Part shown: in pieces, positions 1 through 13,900 of the stretch
Layout: the number at the start of each line of letters is the position of its first letter
Numbering within the stretch: position 1 is the stretch's first letter
Assembly: GCA_002269645.1 (NCBI GenBank)
Contig: NIVC01000500.1
Location: forward strand, 124,001-188,000
DNA length: 64,000 nucleotides
Direction of reading: 5' to 3'
DNA from: Macrostomum lignano
Lineage: Eukaryota
Translations under genes and position numbers: made by a program
Notes under the pieces: model-generated
Told to the model about the DNA's origin: nothing
The model's database searches: none
What the model saw: only the letters and a program-made list of their open reading frames with translations

Positions 1-141
1 CAAAAGTTATACAGGTTAAAAAAATAAGCTGTTGAAACCTGCGCATTTTGAACCAACCTACACTCCAATTGGACCAATTCAATACAATCCAATTCCAATT
101 TGCAATTTGAAACTATTTTTGCATACTCTATTAAAATAAAA

Positions 142-3100
142 GGGTCTATGATAATTTCCCGCAGGAATTTTTCCCGCCCAGCTTTCCCCGCATGAGTTTT
201 TCCCGCATGAGATTTTCTTGCAGCGAGTTTTTCCCGCGACAAAAATTTGCCGCAGGAGCTTTCCCCGCACGAGATTTTCCCGCAGCGAGTTTTTATCGCA
301 GCAAGGGTTTCCCGCAGGAAATTTCCCAGTCGAGATTTTCCTGCCGAGCTTTTACCGCCGAGATTTTCCCGCACGAATTTTCCCTGCGCAGACTTTTTCC
401 AGCAGAAAGATTTTCCCGCAAGAAATTTCTTGTGATTGCCTGTTTACCTTCCTACCTTCCTACCTGTCTGTCTGTCTGCCTGGCTAGCTGCCTGTGTCGA
501 ATTTACCAAAGAAAATCGCGTCTCTGCAAATGGCTTTCCTTTTTTAAAGTTCTTTCTTAATTCAGTACCTGTCTGGCTGTCTGTCTTTCTATGGAACATT
601 GCATATGACAAAACTATAAAGTTCCACAATTTGTAAAAAAACCCATCAGTACATTCAGAGCATGATTTAAGATATAAAAAAGACGACTCAGATAGACTTC
701 AAAATTATAAGAAACTCAAATCTAATGCATGGCGTTATGCAACTGATAATGGATCAGCTGCATTTTTTCTATCCCTTTTGATAACTTTGTTTAAAGAAGA
801 ATGTTCTTTAACAATCGGGGAAATATATTAGTAAGGAGTCTAATTGGGATTCTATTTTGGATTGGATAGACGAAATGCTGTTTTACGCCTGGTTTTCCTG
901 CTGATTAGGTGTTTCCTCCAAAAGTGATTTGTTCTTCTGCATTTCTGTAAAAAGTCTAAGCGCACTGAGGGTACATTCTCCTAAAGTTTCGATACATGTT
1001 TACTTGCACAAAGTGCACGAAAAAAGAACTGCTCCCCGTCCCCGATTAAGTGTTTAGTAATAACAACATAATGTCTTGGGGCCTTTGTTTTTAGTGTCTG
1101 GTTCTGCTTAAATGTTTCTGATTGCCTCGAGTAGACAGCGCTCATTAAAACTGATTGCTTGTTCTTGTTTTTACTGAGTTTAGTAAACATTGAATTACCA
1201 CTCTAGCACACTGCGATAGTATATAGATCAGCGTACACGGTTAGAGCGAGAGGAAAATCATGAAATCGATTCTGCTGCTCTGAATCCTATAGTTTTCTTA
1301 GCTGTGCGAACTGCAAATTAACTGCAAACGAGTTGAATTGACATGGCAGAAGCTCACACTCCAGTCCAGTTCTCAGTTACGACGCGTGGCAAGCGTAAAG
1401 CAGCATGCCAAGGGTACTACTATACCATGGAAAAATTAAGCCAAGCCGATGCCTCGATAAGTTTTTGGCAGTGCGAGGAGCGCCATTCTGGTTTCTGCTC
1501 AGCCAGAGTTCATATACAAGGTGAAAATGTCATCAAGCAGATAAACCAGCATAACCATGGTGCAGATGGCTCACGCTTCAGCGTCCTGGAGGCCGTCCGA
1601 GGCATGAAGACCGATGCAAGGCAGACCCAAGACCCAACTGCAAGGATAATCATGGAGCACGCTAGCGGTCTACCTGAGGCAGCAGGTGTAGCCCTTCCTA
1701 GCCAGAACTCGCTAAAGATAATGGTTCAGAACGTGCGCTATGTGCACCAAGGACTACCTGTGCAGCCGACCAATCTGAATGATTTAGTGATTCCTGATGA
1801 ATTTCGAGTACACAATGGGTCAAGATTTCTACTGGACAACTTCGGCCACGGAAACGAGCGAATTTTGATTTTTGGCAGCGACGAGAACTTGCTGGCATTG
1901 CAAGCAGCTGCTCAATTTTATTCAGACGGCACTTTTGATGCTTCTCCACCATTATTTGCGCAACTGGTCAGCATCCATGTTGAGCTTCATGGATTTGTGC
2001 ATCCATTAATTTATGCGCTGCTGCCAGCAAAGACTCAAGCCGTCTACAATCGCTTGTACAAGCAGCTCATGGTTTTGGCGCTAAATTTACAGCCCCAGCA
2101 CTGGATGTGCGACTTTGAGAGGGCCAGCATGAATGCCATTCGTGATGTATTTGGCATCGAACCAACTGGCTGCCTATTTCATCTGGTCCAAAGTGTGTAC
2201 AGACGTGCCATCACCAATGGACTCAAGCGCCAACTTGAGTCTGAGGACGGCGAGCTCTCAGTGTGGCTTCGCTGCTTCTCTGCTTTGGCATTTATTCCGG
2301 TTGATTCTGTCGAGGCTGCCTTTGATGAGCTGATCATGCTGCCAGACTTTCCTGAAGCGCTGGCCTCGACTGCGGATTATTTTGAAGACCAGTGGGTCGG
2401 CCGCCGGCTACCGCATAGTGCCAGGAGGCAGCCGAGATATCCTATCTCGGTTTGGAACGTGCGTGAGCGAACGCTCCAGGGACTCCACCGAACCAACAAC
2501 TCCGTGGAAGCCTGGCATCGGAGGCTACAAACGGTGCTTGGCTGCAGCCATCCACAAATATTTAAATTCATCAGCAGTCTCAAGAAGGAAGTTGATCACC
2601 AGACATGGCTTATGCAACGGGCGGCTGCTGGTGAGGCTCCAAAGGAACAAAAAAATACTCAAAGAGCAACGCGCGGGTGCAACGCATCGCTAAACAATGG
2701 AATGCTGATGGTTTGCCACCTGACTTTCCTCTCAAGTCCTTTTTGCGCGCCATCGCATACAACTTGAAAAAATAATGCTGACAACAGGGATGCCGGCAAG
2801 CACCACTCTATTTGATTAAATATTCAGTAATTTCGAACCAGAAACTGTGAAGCTTTTGCACCCACAGAAACATAGGAGTACACTGTAACAATTGCTTAAT
2901 ATTTTTTAATAGCATTTGAGTAATCGATAAGGTGCTCTGCTTCATTCTCTCTTATTGTATACCTTACTCAAGCTATTACGTGCAATCTATATTCGTTATT
3001 GGTTATTTGTATTGGTATTCTATTCTATTCTATTCTATTATGACCACCTTTATGACAAAGCAAGCATTTTGTTGCACTTTCCACTATTTTCCCAACTTGT

Positions 3101-3753
3101 CTATTGTAAACTATCTGTCGTGCATAATGATTTCGTTTTTAATTTTAAAATAAAATGTTTTGTTACCTGGCGATAAATTTTCAGCATACAATCATGTTTA
3201 GTGTCTCGCCACAAAAAAACAAATAAAAATAATCAAGCTTGCTGATTTGATTAATTGCCAAATTGGTGACGCAAAAAGTACAAAAGGTCTTGACTGGGTA
3301 GTTTTGGTTAATACAGAGGCTTCGAATTAAGAAAGAAATTATAAAAAAGAAAGCTATTAGCAGAGACGCGATTTTCTTTGATAAATTCGACACAGGCAGC
3401 CAGCCAGGCAGCCAGGCAGACAGACAGACAGGTAGGAAGGTAGGAAGGTAAACAGGCAATCACGAGAAATTTCTTGCGGGAAAATCTTTCTGCTAGAAAA
3501 AGTCTGTGCGGGGAAAATTTGTGCGGGAAAATCTCGGCGGTAAAAGCTTGGCAGGAAAATCTCGACTGGGAAATTTCCTGCGGGAAACTCTCACTGCGGT
3601 AAAAACTCGCTGCAGGAAAATCTCGTGCGGGGAAAGCTCTTGCGGCAAATTTTCGTCGCGGGAAAAACTTGCTGTAAGAAAATCTTGTGCGGGAAAAACT
3701 CGTGCGGGGAAAGCTCGGCGGGAAAAATTCCTGCAGGAAATTCTCGTGCTCCC
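142..3753 (+). mobile_element. Full-length Mutator-like (MULE) DNA transposon with ~420-bp terminal inverted repeats
   Basis: 142-~565 is the reverse complement of ~3323-3753. The TIRs carry TTTCCCGCAGGAA-like subrepeats and a CTGT/CTGC block. Termini are GGGTCTATGA... and ...TCGTGCTCCC. AAATAAAA flanks both ends (134-141, 3754-3761) as an 8-bp TSD. A transposase ORF lies inside. Confidence 0.93.
1343..2767 (+). CDS. FLYWCH zinc finger + MULE DDE transposase (C-terminus frameshifted)
   Basis: 474-aa ORF. N-terminal FLYWCH-like motif (GYYY...FWQCEERHSGFCSARV...HNH); MULE core YSDGTF, YALLP.KT, MCDFE.A, GCLFHL.Q, RTNN.VEAWH. The usual tail (KKYS...FLRAIAYNL) continues in the -1 frame from the A-run at 2649-2655 to a stop at 2773-2775. 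Confidence 0.92.
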   Translation: MAEAHTPVQFSVTTRGKRKAACQGYYYTMEKLSQADASISFWQCEERHSGFCSARVHIQGENVIKQINQHNHGADGSRFSVLEAVRGMKTDARQTQDPTARIIMEHASGLPEAAGVALPSQNSLKIMVQNVRYVHQGLPVQPTNLNDLVIPDEFRVHNGSRFLLDNFGHGNERILIFGSDENLLALQAAAQFYSDGTFDASPPLFAQLVSIHVELHGFVHPLIYALLPAKTQAVYNRLYKQLMVLALNLQPQHWMCDFERASMNAIRDVFGIEPTGCLFHLVQSVYRRAITNGLKRQLESEDGELSVWLRCFSALAFIPVDSVEAAFDELIMLPDFPEALASTADYFEDQWVGRRLPHSARRQPRYPISVWNVRERTLQGLHRTNNSVEAWHRRLQTVLGCSHPQIFKFISSLKKEVDHQTWLMQRAAAGEAPKEQKNTQRATRGCNASLNNGMLMVCHLTFLSSPFCAPSHTT

Positions 3754-3775
3754 AAATAAAAGTATTTATTATTTT

Positions 3776-4286
3776 GGCATAGTTCTAGTTTACTTTGCGA
3801 TATTATTTCATAGTTCTACTTTACTTTGCAATATTATTTTCATATGTTTTTTGCATTTACATAGCATATTCTGCATCTGTACCCAAACCACAACCTTTTC
3901 AGCTTAATCTGCACAATGGCTGGCCACCCAGCTGCCCCAACATTTATTGTCCCACCTAGACCTAATCAACTGGTCAATGCTACCAACTTGCGGAATTATA
4001 CCAAAAGAAATTTAGGTATTTGGGAGATGGTGGAGGCAAGTTGCGACAACATAACAACCATGAACCACTGGCCACTGCCTGTACCCATCACCCAAACAAT
4101 GCATTCGGCGCCGTGCTTTACTGGGCTTCCGTGTATTACCCTGTTAAGTGACTCGGCAACTTCAACTGACTGTTTTTCTGACTTGTGAGTTGTGACACTT
4201 AAGCCAAACCTGGAAAGTGACAAAAACAGGGTGAAATAATTTAGCGAAAGGCAAAATAATATCGCGAAGTAAACTAGAACTATGCC
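3776..4286. mobile_element. MITE with ~33-bp TIRs (GGCATAGTTCTAGTTTACTT...)
   Basis: 3776-~3808 is nearly the exact reverse complement of ~4254-4286. Flanks TATTATTTT and TATTATTAT are a probable degenerate 9-bp TSD (MULE-type). Confidence 0.7.
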
Positions 4287-4947
4287 TATTATTATTAACA
4301 ATAGTAACAATTATTAGTAGTTATAACAATCAAAGCTCTATAATATGTTTAAATGCCAATAGCCGATTTACATACATGTACATCGTACATGTAGGCCTAG
4401 CCTAGGCCCTATAGCTTTTTACCACACCTTTTCGCCAGACTGTCGCCGTTTTGACCGTCGCCGCATCGTCTGTCGCTGGATCGTCTTGTCGCCGGATTGA
4501 CTGGATACCTTCTATAGTATGGCCAAAAGAATCGAAAAAAATTATCCACACAACACAACATGCTTTTGAAATACTTTTTTATGTTATTCTTCGAAACATT
4601 TAACATTTCTTATTAAAATTCAAACATTCTAAATGCTACACGTTAAAACACAATAACCATGTTACATAAGCGCAGGACTGTCTTTTATAGACAAGTAAAA
4701 TATATAATAAAAAAATTTAACGAGGAGAACACTGACTTTTTGTGTCAACATCATCTGTTAAATTTTATTTATTCACCCGATCGAGCGAAGAAGAGGAGGC
4801 CCACGCATATCTGAAGACCTTTTCTTTTGCTAAGCATTGCTGGAGCTGATTTGTCGTTTTATATGTCGTTTGCTGTGTAACAAATAATTAAGTTTGTACC
4901 CTTTAAAAGTAATAGGCTAGAACGGAAATATAGACCACTGATTCTAA

Positions 4948-7900
4948 ATGGGTCGGTCTAGAAGTCGTAGTCCAGGCTATTCTAGGAGCAAAAAAGCAAA
5001 AGCTAATGACAGCTTTGATGAGAGAGAAAAGGAAAAAGAAGCCTATGAGGACAGATCTTATAACTATAAAGATAAAGACTCTAGAAATGATCGTAAGCAA
5101 AAAAAATCTAAAAAGTCTGATAAAAAGAAATCTAAAAAAGATTATCATTCAAAGAGTGATAAGCATAGCCTGCATAGGTAAGAGTTGAAATTATTTTATT
5201 TCTTTATTTAAATGTTTTTTTTTCAGTATTTTAATGGAACTCTAATCTAATGAGATTTTGAAAGTTAAACCTATCCTAAGGGCCTATTATTAATCTCATT
5301 TTCTCTAGGCCTAGTAAAAGGCATCTTTTGGAAATTTGTCAAGTTTATAAAAATAAATAAAAATTTTATTTATGTAGTTATATTTTGTATAATATGTAGT
5401 TTTATTTAGTTATGAAACTTATGTCTTAAATTTTGCATATTTTTATAATAATGTATTGTATGCCTATTATAATATTAATAATTCTAGGCCTACCATAGTC
5501 AATTATGCTTAGTATACACCTGAACAAAAATTGAAAAATTCGAAATGCAAGCCAAAAAATGAGTATATTGGTCCCGATGCTCTTGTCAGCTCAAAAGGCT
5601 GCATGGAGCAGCCCTGAGTGTGCCAAGTCCAGCTACCACTCTAGTGTAACTATCAGTGTCCATGTCTTAGCATTATATAGCAGGACAATTTCAACCATTG
5701 CCTGCCACAGCCAAGCCCTCTGGTAGTTAGGCAGCACTTCGGACTGGAGGACAGCTCGGATTGAACAAAAGGCCACCCAAGCAAGTCCTCTGTGCTGCCA
5801 AAGGTTCTCTTCCACATGGGGCACCAGACTGCCGAGGTAGGTGAACCGCTAGCAGTGTGCGAGCCTGGTTGTCTGCCTGTCTGCGCCGCACTACGTCAGG
5901 TCCACTGGGATGTCAGCTAGGATAGTCAGCAGCGGTCTTCAGCGTGTTGATGATCAGACCAATGCTCGATGCCACCACAACCAGCCTATTGATCTGGCGC
6001 TGGGTGCCTTCAACGGACGAGGACAAGAGGGCGAGGTCATTGGCATAGCCAAGCATGCTTAGGCGCTTTTCGCCATGGCGGTGAGTGATGCGTCTGCGCA
6101 GCAGAAAGCCGTCATTAGCTAAGGGGGGTATGGTCTGAAGCACCCAGTCCAGCAGTAGCATGAAGAAGAACGGCACTAGCATGTCGCCCTACAGAACTCC
6201 TGATAAAGTATCGAACAGGTCAGACAGGCTGTCTGCCGTCACCATAGCAGCTTGAGTATTGCAATACAGCGCCATGACAGCGTCGATTAGCTGCTGGGGT
6301 ACCGGTAGGCTCGAAGTACAAAGGGAAGTGCGGCTCTCAACACCGAGTCAAATGCCTTTTAAAAGTCAACAAAGACAATGATCAGCGTAGACTGGTAGAT
6401 GCGCACCTCTTCAATGACAGTGGAATGCAAGGATCTGTGTCACTGTACCGCATTGCGGCTGAAATCCATTCTGCTTGTACCGCAGGTACGGGTCTAGCAC
6501 TGACTGCAGACAATCAAGCAGCAGCTGGTTGAAGAGCTTTGCGGTGCAGGACATCAGGGATATCCCATGGTTGTCTTCCTTCCGCGTTGTCCCTGCCTTC
6601 TTCAGGATCAGCACAATGTGCGCGACGGTCCACTCAGTAGGCGCAGAAGCGCCAGCAAGCACGCAGTTCATGACGCCTGTGACCTGGGAGGCCACACAGC
6701 AAAGCTGCAGTGCTTTGACCAGGACTTTATCGGGGCCAAGCGCCTTGCCACTTGATGTTTTCCGAGTGTACAGCACAACGTCCTCCGTGGTGACTGGTCT
6801 GGTGCAGAAGTCCTTGTCAGCTGGGAGCGGCGTGTCCAGTGGCGGCGCAAAGCTGGTGGGCAGTGGCAACACAGGCGTGTTCACGATGCCAGCGAAGAAG
6901 TCGCGCAATTCATTTCTGCACTCCTCCGGGGTATCGCCGGCCAGGTTCAGAGCCACCCGCTTTTTGTGCCCCATCAGAGTCCGGACAGCCATCCACTCTA
7001 TGTGGCTCTTCACGTTGGGGCTGGCTGCAGTGATCATACATGCGCAACAGTCGGCCAATCCGGCCAACTGATTTGGTGGCCAACAAAGGAAGTCACGAAA
7101 AGGCCCACCTGAAAAAATACCCAAGTAGTAGTACTAAGTGCTGATTTTGGCTTAATAGGACAGTCATAGTTACTCCTGCCGTTTACCCAAAGTTGCGTTA
7201 ATTTTGCTTTAGGGTTTTTTACATGTAAGTCGCATTTTTGGCCAAAAACTACGTTGCATTTTTGTTAAAACTAAGTCGCACGGCCAACCGAATTTTGGAG
7301 GTTGCGCATGTATGGCAGTGATGGACCTAATGGTGTCGTCAACAGCGGCCTGTTGCCGCTCGTCAAGAAGGTGCTCAAATACGTCTTCAGTGTTGCCTGT
7401 GGGCCTCCGGTTTCTGCGGAGTCACTCGATGTTGAGCTGTGCCTGCCTGATGATAGGGTTGCTCTGCCAAACAGGCAGCAATTTCAGCGCTGGCCACATC
7501 AGTGGGACTGTCTGCTCTGCAGTGGTTCTAATGGTGGTGCTGATGTCAGAATACTCCGCCTTGCGCTTGTCTCCAAGCGCGCCAATGAAGGCACCCGCAA
7601 ATTAACACTTCATGCAGTAGTCCAACAGTGCGCAATAGTAGTGCCATGGCTGCTGCTTTGGCAGTTGGTAGAGCTAGTCGCGGAGCCGCAAGTTGCAGAT
7701 CAGGAGTCAGTGGTCTGACCAGAGAGCCAGTAGAGCCATGGTGTTGCAGTTGGTGACATGGCGGCATTTGCGCCAATCTCCTTGTGGCATTCTGCCCGCG
7801 TGCGTTCCACCACCTTCTCTTGCAGCCCGCAAAGGTGACCTGGTGGGCAGGGGGCTTGCAGAACTAGGTGTTAGCGGAAACCAGATCCAGCTGGTCAAGC

Positions 7901-10900
7901 AGGTCCTCCAGCGCATCAGTGTTGGCATTCTTGCATCCCGCAACAAAGGGCAAGTGCTCAGACCTCCGCGGGACTGCACCTCTTCTAGCTGCCAAGCCAG
8001 GAAGTTGAAGAAGGCACAAGCCTCCTTGGGGTGAGCAGCGGTGGGTGCATGTGCACAGAACAGCCAGATGCAGTGGGCGCGCATTCACAGGTTGACCCGC
8101 ATCAGTCGCAGGGACAGCAAGATGCAGTGCACGCTCTGCTGGAAGCGCAGTCTGATCAGCATGCCAACCCCACCCTGGCTGCGGTTGTCTGCCGACGTGT
8201 ACAGGAGGCTCCAGCCAGCTCTGAGGTCCTCAGAGTGCAGCCCCAGCTCAGCCACGATAGAGACCTCCTGCAGCAAGACAAGTTCCAGCTGTAGGTCGTG
8301 GGCCAGCTGGACAAAGATGGTGTGACGCCAGGGGGCCTTCAGAGTTTGGCAGTTCATTGTGCCAAGCCTGAGGTGGCCACCTGGTACAGCTGGGGCCAGA
8401 TGGAGGTTGGCCTCATGGTCCCCGGCACTACCTGGCAGATCCATAGTTGAAATAGCAGGGACTGAGGACAACAGGTGCCTGGCCACGCCACGGAGTCACC
8501 CTCGCCGGTTGTGCTCATGCCGCTGCTCAGTGCGGCGTTGTGCGCTGCGCTGACCTCTGCAAGTCCCTGCTGTGCTGAGCTTTGCTACTGCAACCGAAGT
8601 GCGGCTGTCCGAGCCAACCGTGGTTATCTGCAACCTGATGATCTGGCCGCGATGCCAGGTGTCAGCACTATTTGCATGGGTATGCAAATAAAATGGCTCA
8701 TACATTACATAATGTAACACATACATTACAGCAATTGTAACAATCTTATGGTTATAATACACATTCTTTACTGAAGGAATAGAGCTAAGTCCACCTAATT
8801 AAAGTATTCAGTTGGTCACAAAAAGTGCCTATTTCCAATAGTTTTGAGTTCTTTACATAAAAAATATTCATCAGTATAAAATTGCAGGCACTTTGATTCC
8901 TATGGTTGTAACAGTACAAAATCATGCACAATATTGGTCTACTAACTGACTTACTAATGTACTATATTGTCGTAACCCAGGTTGGTTTGGGTGCCCAGTC
9001 CCAAGTACAATATATATTATACATGATATAATAGGCATTATGACACTGTCTGTACTTTTATGGATACAAGTAGGCGTGACAATGCTCTGCGATAATAGTT
9101 CAATCCCTCTGGTATTGTGACACTCAGAGTTCACGCTGCGACTTGAGGTGTGGTGACACTCTCAAGTGCTTCTAGTCTCAATACTATAGGTTGTACACAC
9201 TATATAGAGTAGACAGTATAGTACTACAAAAAGCTATATGCTCTCCCGGTGTTATGACACTCTGGCAAGAACTCAGTCTAACAAGCTCCCAGAAAAGAAT
9301 GAACTCAAGTAGCAGGCAGCTTACCAGTGGCCAAATCGCTGTTCTTACATTTATTGATTCACTTGTTGGTCAGTGGCCAAATCGCCATTCTCACGTTTAT
9401 TAGTTTGCTTGTTGGTCAGTGCAGGTTTTGAATTCTCCAAGACTCTTCTTAATAAGGCTCTTATGTTTCTTTTCTCATTGTAGCTAGTATTGCTATTTAT
9501 ACATTAAGTCTCGCACTTGCACTCACACAAACAGCATGAACAGCATGAAGGGCGTGGGCAAGACCTAGAGCCACACTAAATAACAAACAAAACCCTGGGG
9601 CCAATGGCCCCACTAGCTAAGCCCACCAGAACAAACTACCCCAACAAAAAAGAGACTGGCCGCACTGGCCAGCCAATTAAAACCCTGTCTAGGGAGGGAG
9701 GGGCCGCATCTATGCCAAAGCTAGCCTGGCCACAGCCAACTAGCCCTGAGCACGGGGCAGGGGCACGGCTGGGGAGGGGCACGCACAAAGCCCGGCCAGC
9801 GGCCAGACCCTGCCATGCCCACCAACCCCCCTAGCCAGCCCCAAAGTGCAACGCACACTGCCAACTGACAAAGGCGCATGTATTACACCCTCCTCTCCTA
9901 CAAAAACAGGGCAGAGCTTGAACCATAGCAACTGAGATACCAAAATTTTTGAAATAATTAAGCAAAATAAACTATCAAAAACATCAAAAGAAAATAGTTT
10001 GGAAAAACTAATGCAACAGGGAAAACAAAAATGGTTGCCACAAAAGAAATATGTAAAAAAGGTACTGGTATTCTGCATGCAAGTTTGTCAGGAGCAACTA
10101 CAGGGCACGGAATAGGCTTTACATCAAAGCTGGCAGCACAGAAAACCATCTCAAGTGGCCGGCAGGATGCGCAGGTGGCTGGGCAAGAAGCACAGGTGGC
10201 CAGCAGGATATGCAGGTGGCTGGCAGGAAGTGCAGGTGGCGCCTCACAGCTGCTGAGCCCTTCTCCCAGGAAGCTTGACCCCCAAAAGCATGCAAATAAA
10301 CCCGTACTATAACAACATATTTACAAGTAAGCAGAAAATGTGGTATGAATCGAAACTGGGCACCCTAGCAAACCTGAAGTCCAGGGAGACCAACGCAGCT
10401 TTGGCCAGCACCTGCACCATGTTGAGCTGGCCCAGCTGCTGTGCCATCTTGCAGGCCAGCTAACAGGCCAGCCAGCTGTACCACTGGGTCATTCTGAGGG
10501 TCTGGCTGAGCCGCACCACCCCTGCCAAGCTGCTGCACCATGTCAATCTGGTTGTAAGTGGCCTGATCCATAGGCTGGGCACCAGCAGCTTTGCAGAAGT
10601 CTGCATAGACCTCGTATGAGACCACTTGCACATTGTGGAATTGTCGAGCCATTGCTGCAGTGCATTACTAGTGCGCACCATGCTGGTCTTGAAGCTGACC
10701 AGCAGATGATGCCAGTCATCACTGTAATCAGCAAATGAGTTGCATAGCCAGGTTGTGCCACTCCAGATGATGGGCAAGGCACCAAGGCTGTGAGATGGCT
10801 GCAGTATCTCAAAGAAGGTCGACAGGTGGCCAAGGCAGTTGTTTGTGCACTCCAAGTCGACAGCTATCTGGGCTTTGCCAGTCAAGTAGTAGCTGCTGAC

Positions 10901-13900
10901 ATGGTACCTGGTGCGCAGTTTATTCGTGTGCTGGATGCCATTTATGGGGTTGGGCAGGCCGGCTGCATTATCATTCTGGCCAATGGCACTTTTGTTGAGG
11001 ATGGCCCTTTGTAAGTCTAGCACTTGGATGCACGAGGCCAAAACATCAATTGGAATGGCAAAAGCAAGCTTATGCTTTTGCATGGCATGCACCATGCCTG
11101 CGGCAATGACCAGGCAATAGGTGCCTGATAGGCAGCCTGTCATCCTTAGTACTACATCTTGCGCCAGGCTGCTGCGCACCAGTGCCTCTGCATACTGCAC
11201 AGGCTCTCGGATGCCCTGCAGGCCCATGGCCACTAAGATGCGCTGGGTACTGGCCCAGTGGCTGATAGTATGTACTACTTTAGTGTATGTTGCAAAGTGG
11301 GCCTCATCAAATCCAGCCTACATTTTCAACACTTTCAATATGTAGCCTTGCAGGGCGCAGCCACCTGTGTGGTGATTAGTCTGCCACCACATGACTTTCC
11401 TCACTAATACTAGGTTAGTCTCCAGGCTAAGCCTGGCTAAGCCCACCAAAACAAACTACCCCAACAAAAAAGAGACTGGCTGCACTGGCCAGCCAATCAA
11501 AACCCTGCCTAGGGGGGGGGGGGGAGGGGCTGCACTTGCGCCAAAGCTGGCCTAGCCGCAGCCAACCAGCCCTGAGCACGGGGCAGGGGCACAGCTGGGG
11601 AGGGGTACGCGTAAAGCCTGGCTGGTAGCCAGACCCTGCCATGCCTGCCAACCCCCCTAGCCAGCCCCAAAGTGCAACGTGCACTACCAACTGATAAAGA
11701 TGCATGCACTATAATATATTATAAGAGAAAACATCTTTGTTTCATTTCTGCAATACATGGTGAGCCCCATTTATTAATTTCTGCCACAAAAAGCATGAAT
11801 GTGGTCTTTAAGATCAGTTTGCAAGAACAGGGTACCTTATCACCTAGGTACCTAGGTCATAGAGTGTACAAAAGAGATGAAAAAGTGCTGATAAAAAATC
11901 AAGCAAAACAAGTAAAATGTGATAATTAGATAATAATCTATACTTAAAACTATATCAAAAACATGTCCTAGGGCAAAATAAGTCACCTGTGTATTGACTA
12001 AAACTACAAAAAAATTGATGATAATTGTTCAAGTTATATGGAATTACCCTTATGGTAGCATTCTTAGTAATGTTATGGTAGTGTTCTTAGTAATCTTGGC
12101 CTGAGTAGTCTTATTGGTACATGTACTTTTCCTATCTGGCATTATTGGAATCAGAGGGTCATGGCACAACTTCACTCTCTCTGGATTGCTCCCTAACTCC
12201 CTCTCTTAGTAGATTTCTTTGAAATATTCCTTTGCTTGAAAATGAAAAACTTGTTCTTAACTTGAAAGCTCTAAGAATGTATAGGTTGAACTGCTATTAA
12301 ATTGCTCACAAATAGTTGCTCATAGAATAGATAGTTAATTTGATAGCAAACTTGCTCATATATGTAACCAATTTTTTCATATTGCAATTAAAACAAAAAA
12401 TAATTCCTCAAAATATTTAGTGCATTTAAACAAACTAATTTTTAGTGTTTTGTATAAATTTGATTTCTTAGAAAAGATACAATATTATTTGAGTATTACT
12501 ATTACATTGATTCATAAAGTAAAATATTTGAGTAGCACTATTACAAAAACAAAGATTCTGTTTTATTTTTTATTGAGAAAATATTTTCAGAAAATTTATT
12601 TTTAAAGATCTCTAATTTTTCTAAAACTACATAAACTCTTAAAATTCATACTAGTTAAAAGTGCAAAGTTTGCCAATACACATTTCTCTTTAAAAGTAAA
12701 TATGCCACTCATTCCTTGTTGCAAAATAATCTTTAAATTGTTTTCTTTCATTTAAATATAAACTTGTATAGGCCCCCCTAGTATAAGTACATATAACAAG
12801 CCAATATTTAGGCTTAAAAATTTAGATAAAATATAGTACCACAAAATATTAACCTGGCATCCAAATCAAATGCTTCCTGTATGCTTTTTAAATGAGAAAG
12901 AACAATGAAATGACACTTAAATATGTATTATTGCAGCATGTATGCAGGAAATTTTTAATTGATTCAGTAGAAGCTAAGTAAAATTTAATTTTTGATCCTT
13001 ATGGGAATTCCTATGTTACCTGGCTTCCAGATCAAATGTTTCTTGTATGCTTATTTAGTGAAAAAAAAACCAGTGTTGGGCACCATTAATGAAAATCTTA
13101 ACTTCTGTTAATAGCAAAAGCGTTAGCGTTAAAACAAAAAAATCTTAACTTTTTAACTCCTAATTTCGTTAAGTTAACTGAAAGTTAACTGATAATCGTT
13201 AATAAGTGTTAATCCGTTAAAGTTAACACAGAAAATACGGAAATCTTGCACGTTTTTTACAAAACAGACTTCGTAATGCACGTCTTTGCTAATCCATCTT
13301 TTTAGCGAAACACAGAGGTCATCCTAGCGATTTGAAAGCTAAAAAAGCAATAAATAATCATTTTAAAAAACTTGCATGCATAATACTACTAAAAGTAAAG
13401 CATATGGTAAAAATAACTTATTTTATTTGAAACTTAAAAGCTAATAACGAGAAATTCATAATTAAATACGCATAGGAAGGTTGTTTCAGTACCATTAGCA
13501 GGTGCAACAGAAAGTTGCGAAAGATTGGGACAGAAGTGAATCAAAGCGATTGATGCTCACGCGCAAGAAATAAAGTTTCACACTATTTTAATTCATTATT
13601 TTAAAGTTTATTTGTAAGAAGTTGTTAATTACATGTACATCTGTATGATCATCATCATAAATAAAGAGATTATATTTAGGCATATAGGTAAGCTCAAATA
13701 TGTTCGTAATGTTTAAAGTTATTGTAAGACTTCTATTTTTCGTTCCTTCTTTGTGTCTTTGGTCATTGACATAGACACTACCGTTAACGATGAATTTATC
13801 GTTAATTCACAAAATTTTTAACGCAAATTCGTTAATCCATTAGTTCAAAAAAATCTTAACGACAGTCCGTTAACGTTAATGAAAAATCTTAACGCTTATT

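Noticed and set aside
79-636. Short ORFs at the window start and at 3181-3907
   Set aside because: They are translations of the MULE TIR subrepeats.
4400-4515. TCGCC-rich cluster upstream of ARGLU1 as a tRNA or ncRNA
   Set aside because: No A/B boxes or cloverleaf; it looks like a solitary transposon-end remnant.
9616-11706. LTR retrotransposon interpretation of the direct repeats
   Set aside because: No TG...CA ends, PBS/PPT, TSD or gag/pol motifs are visible.
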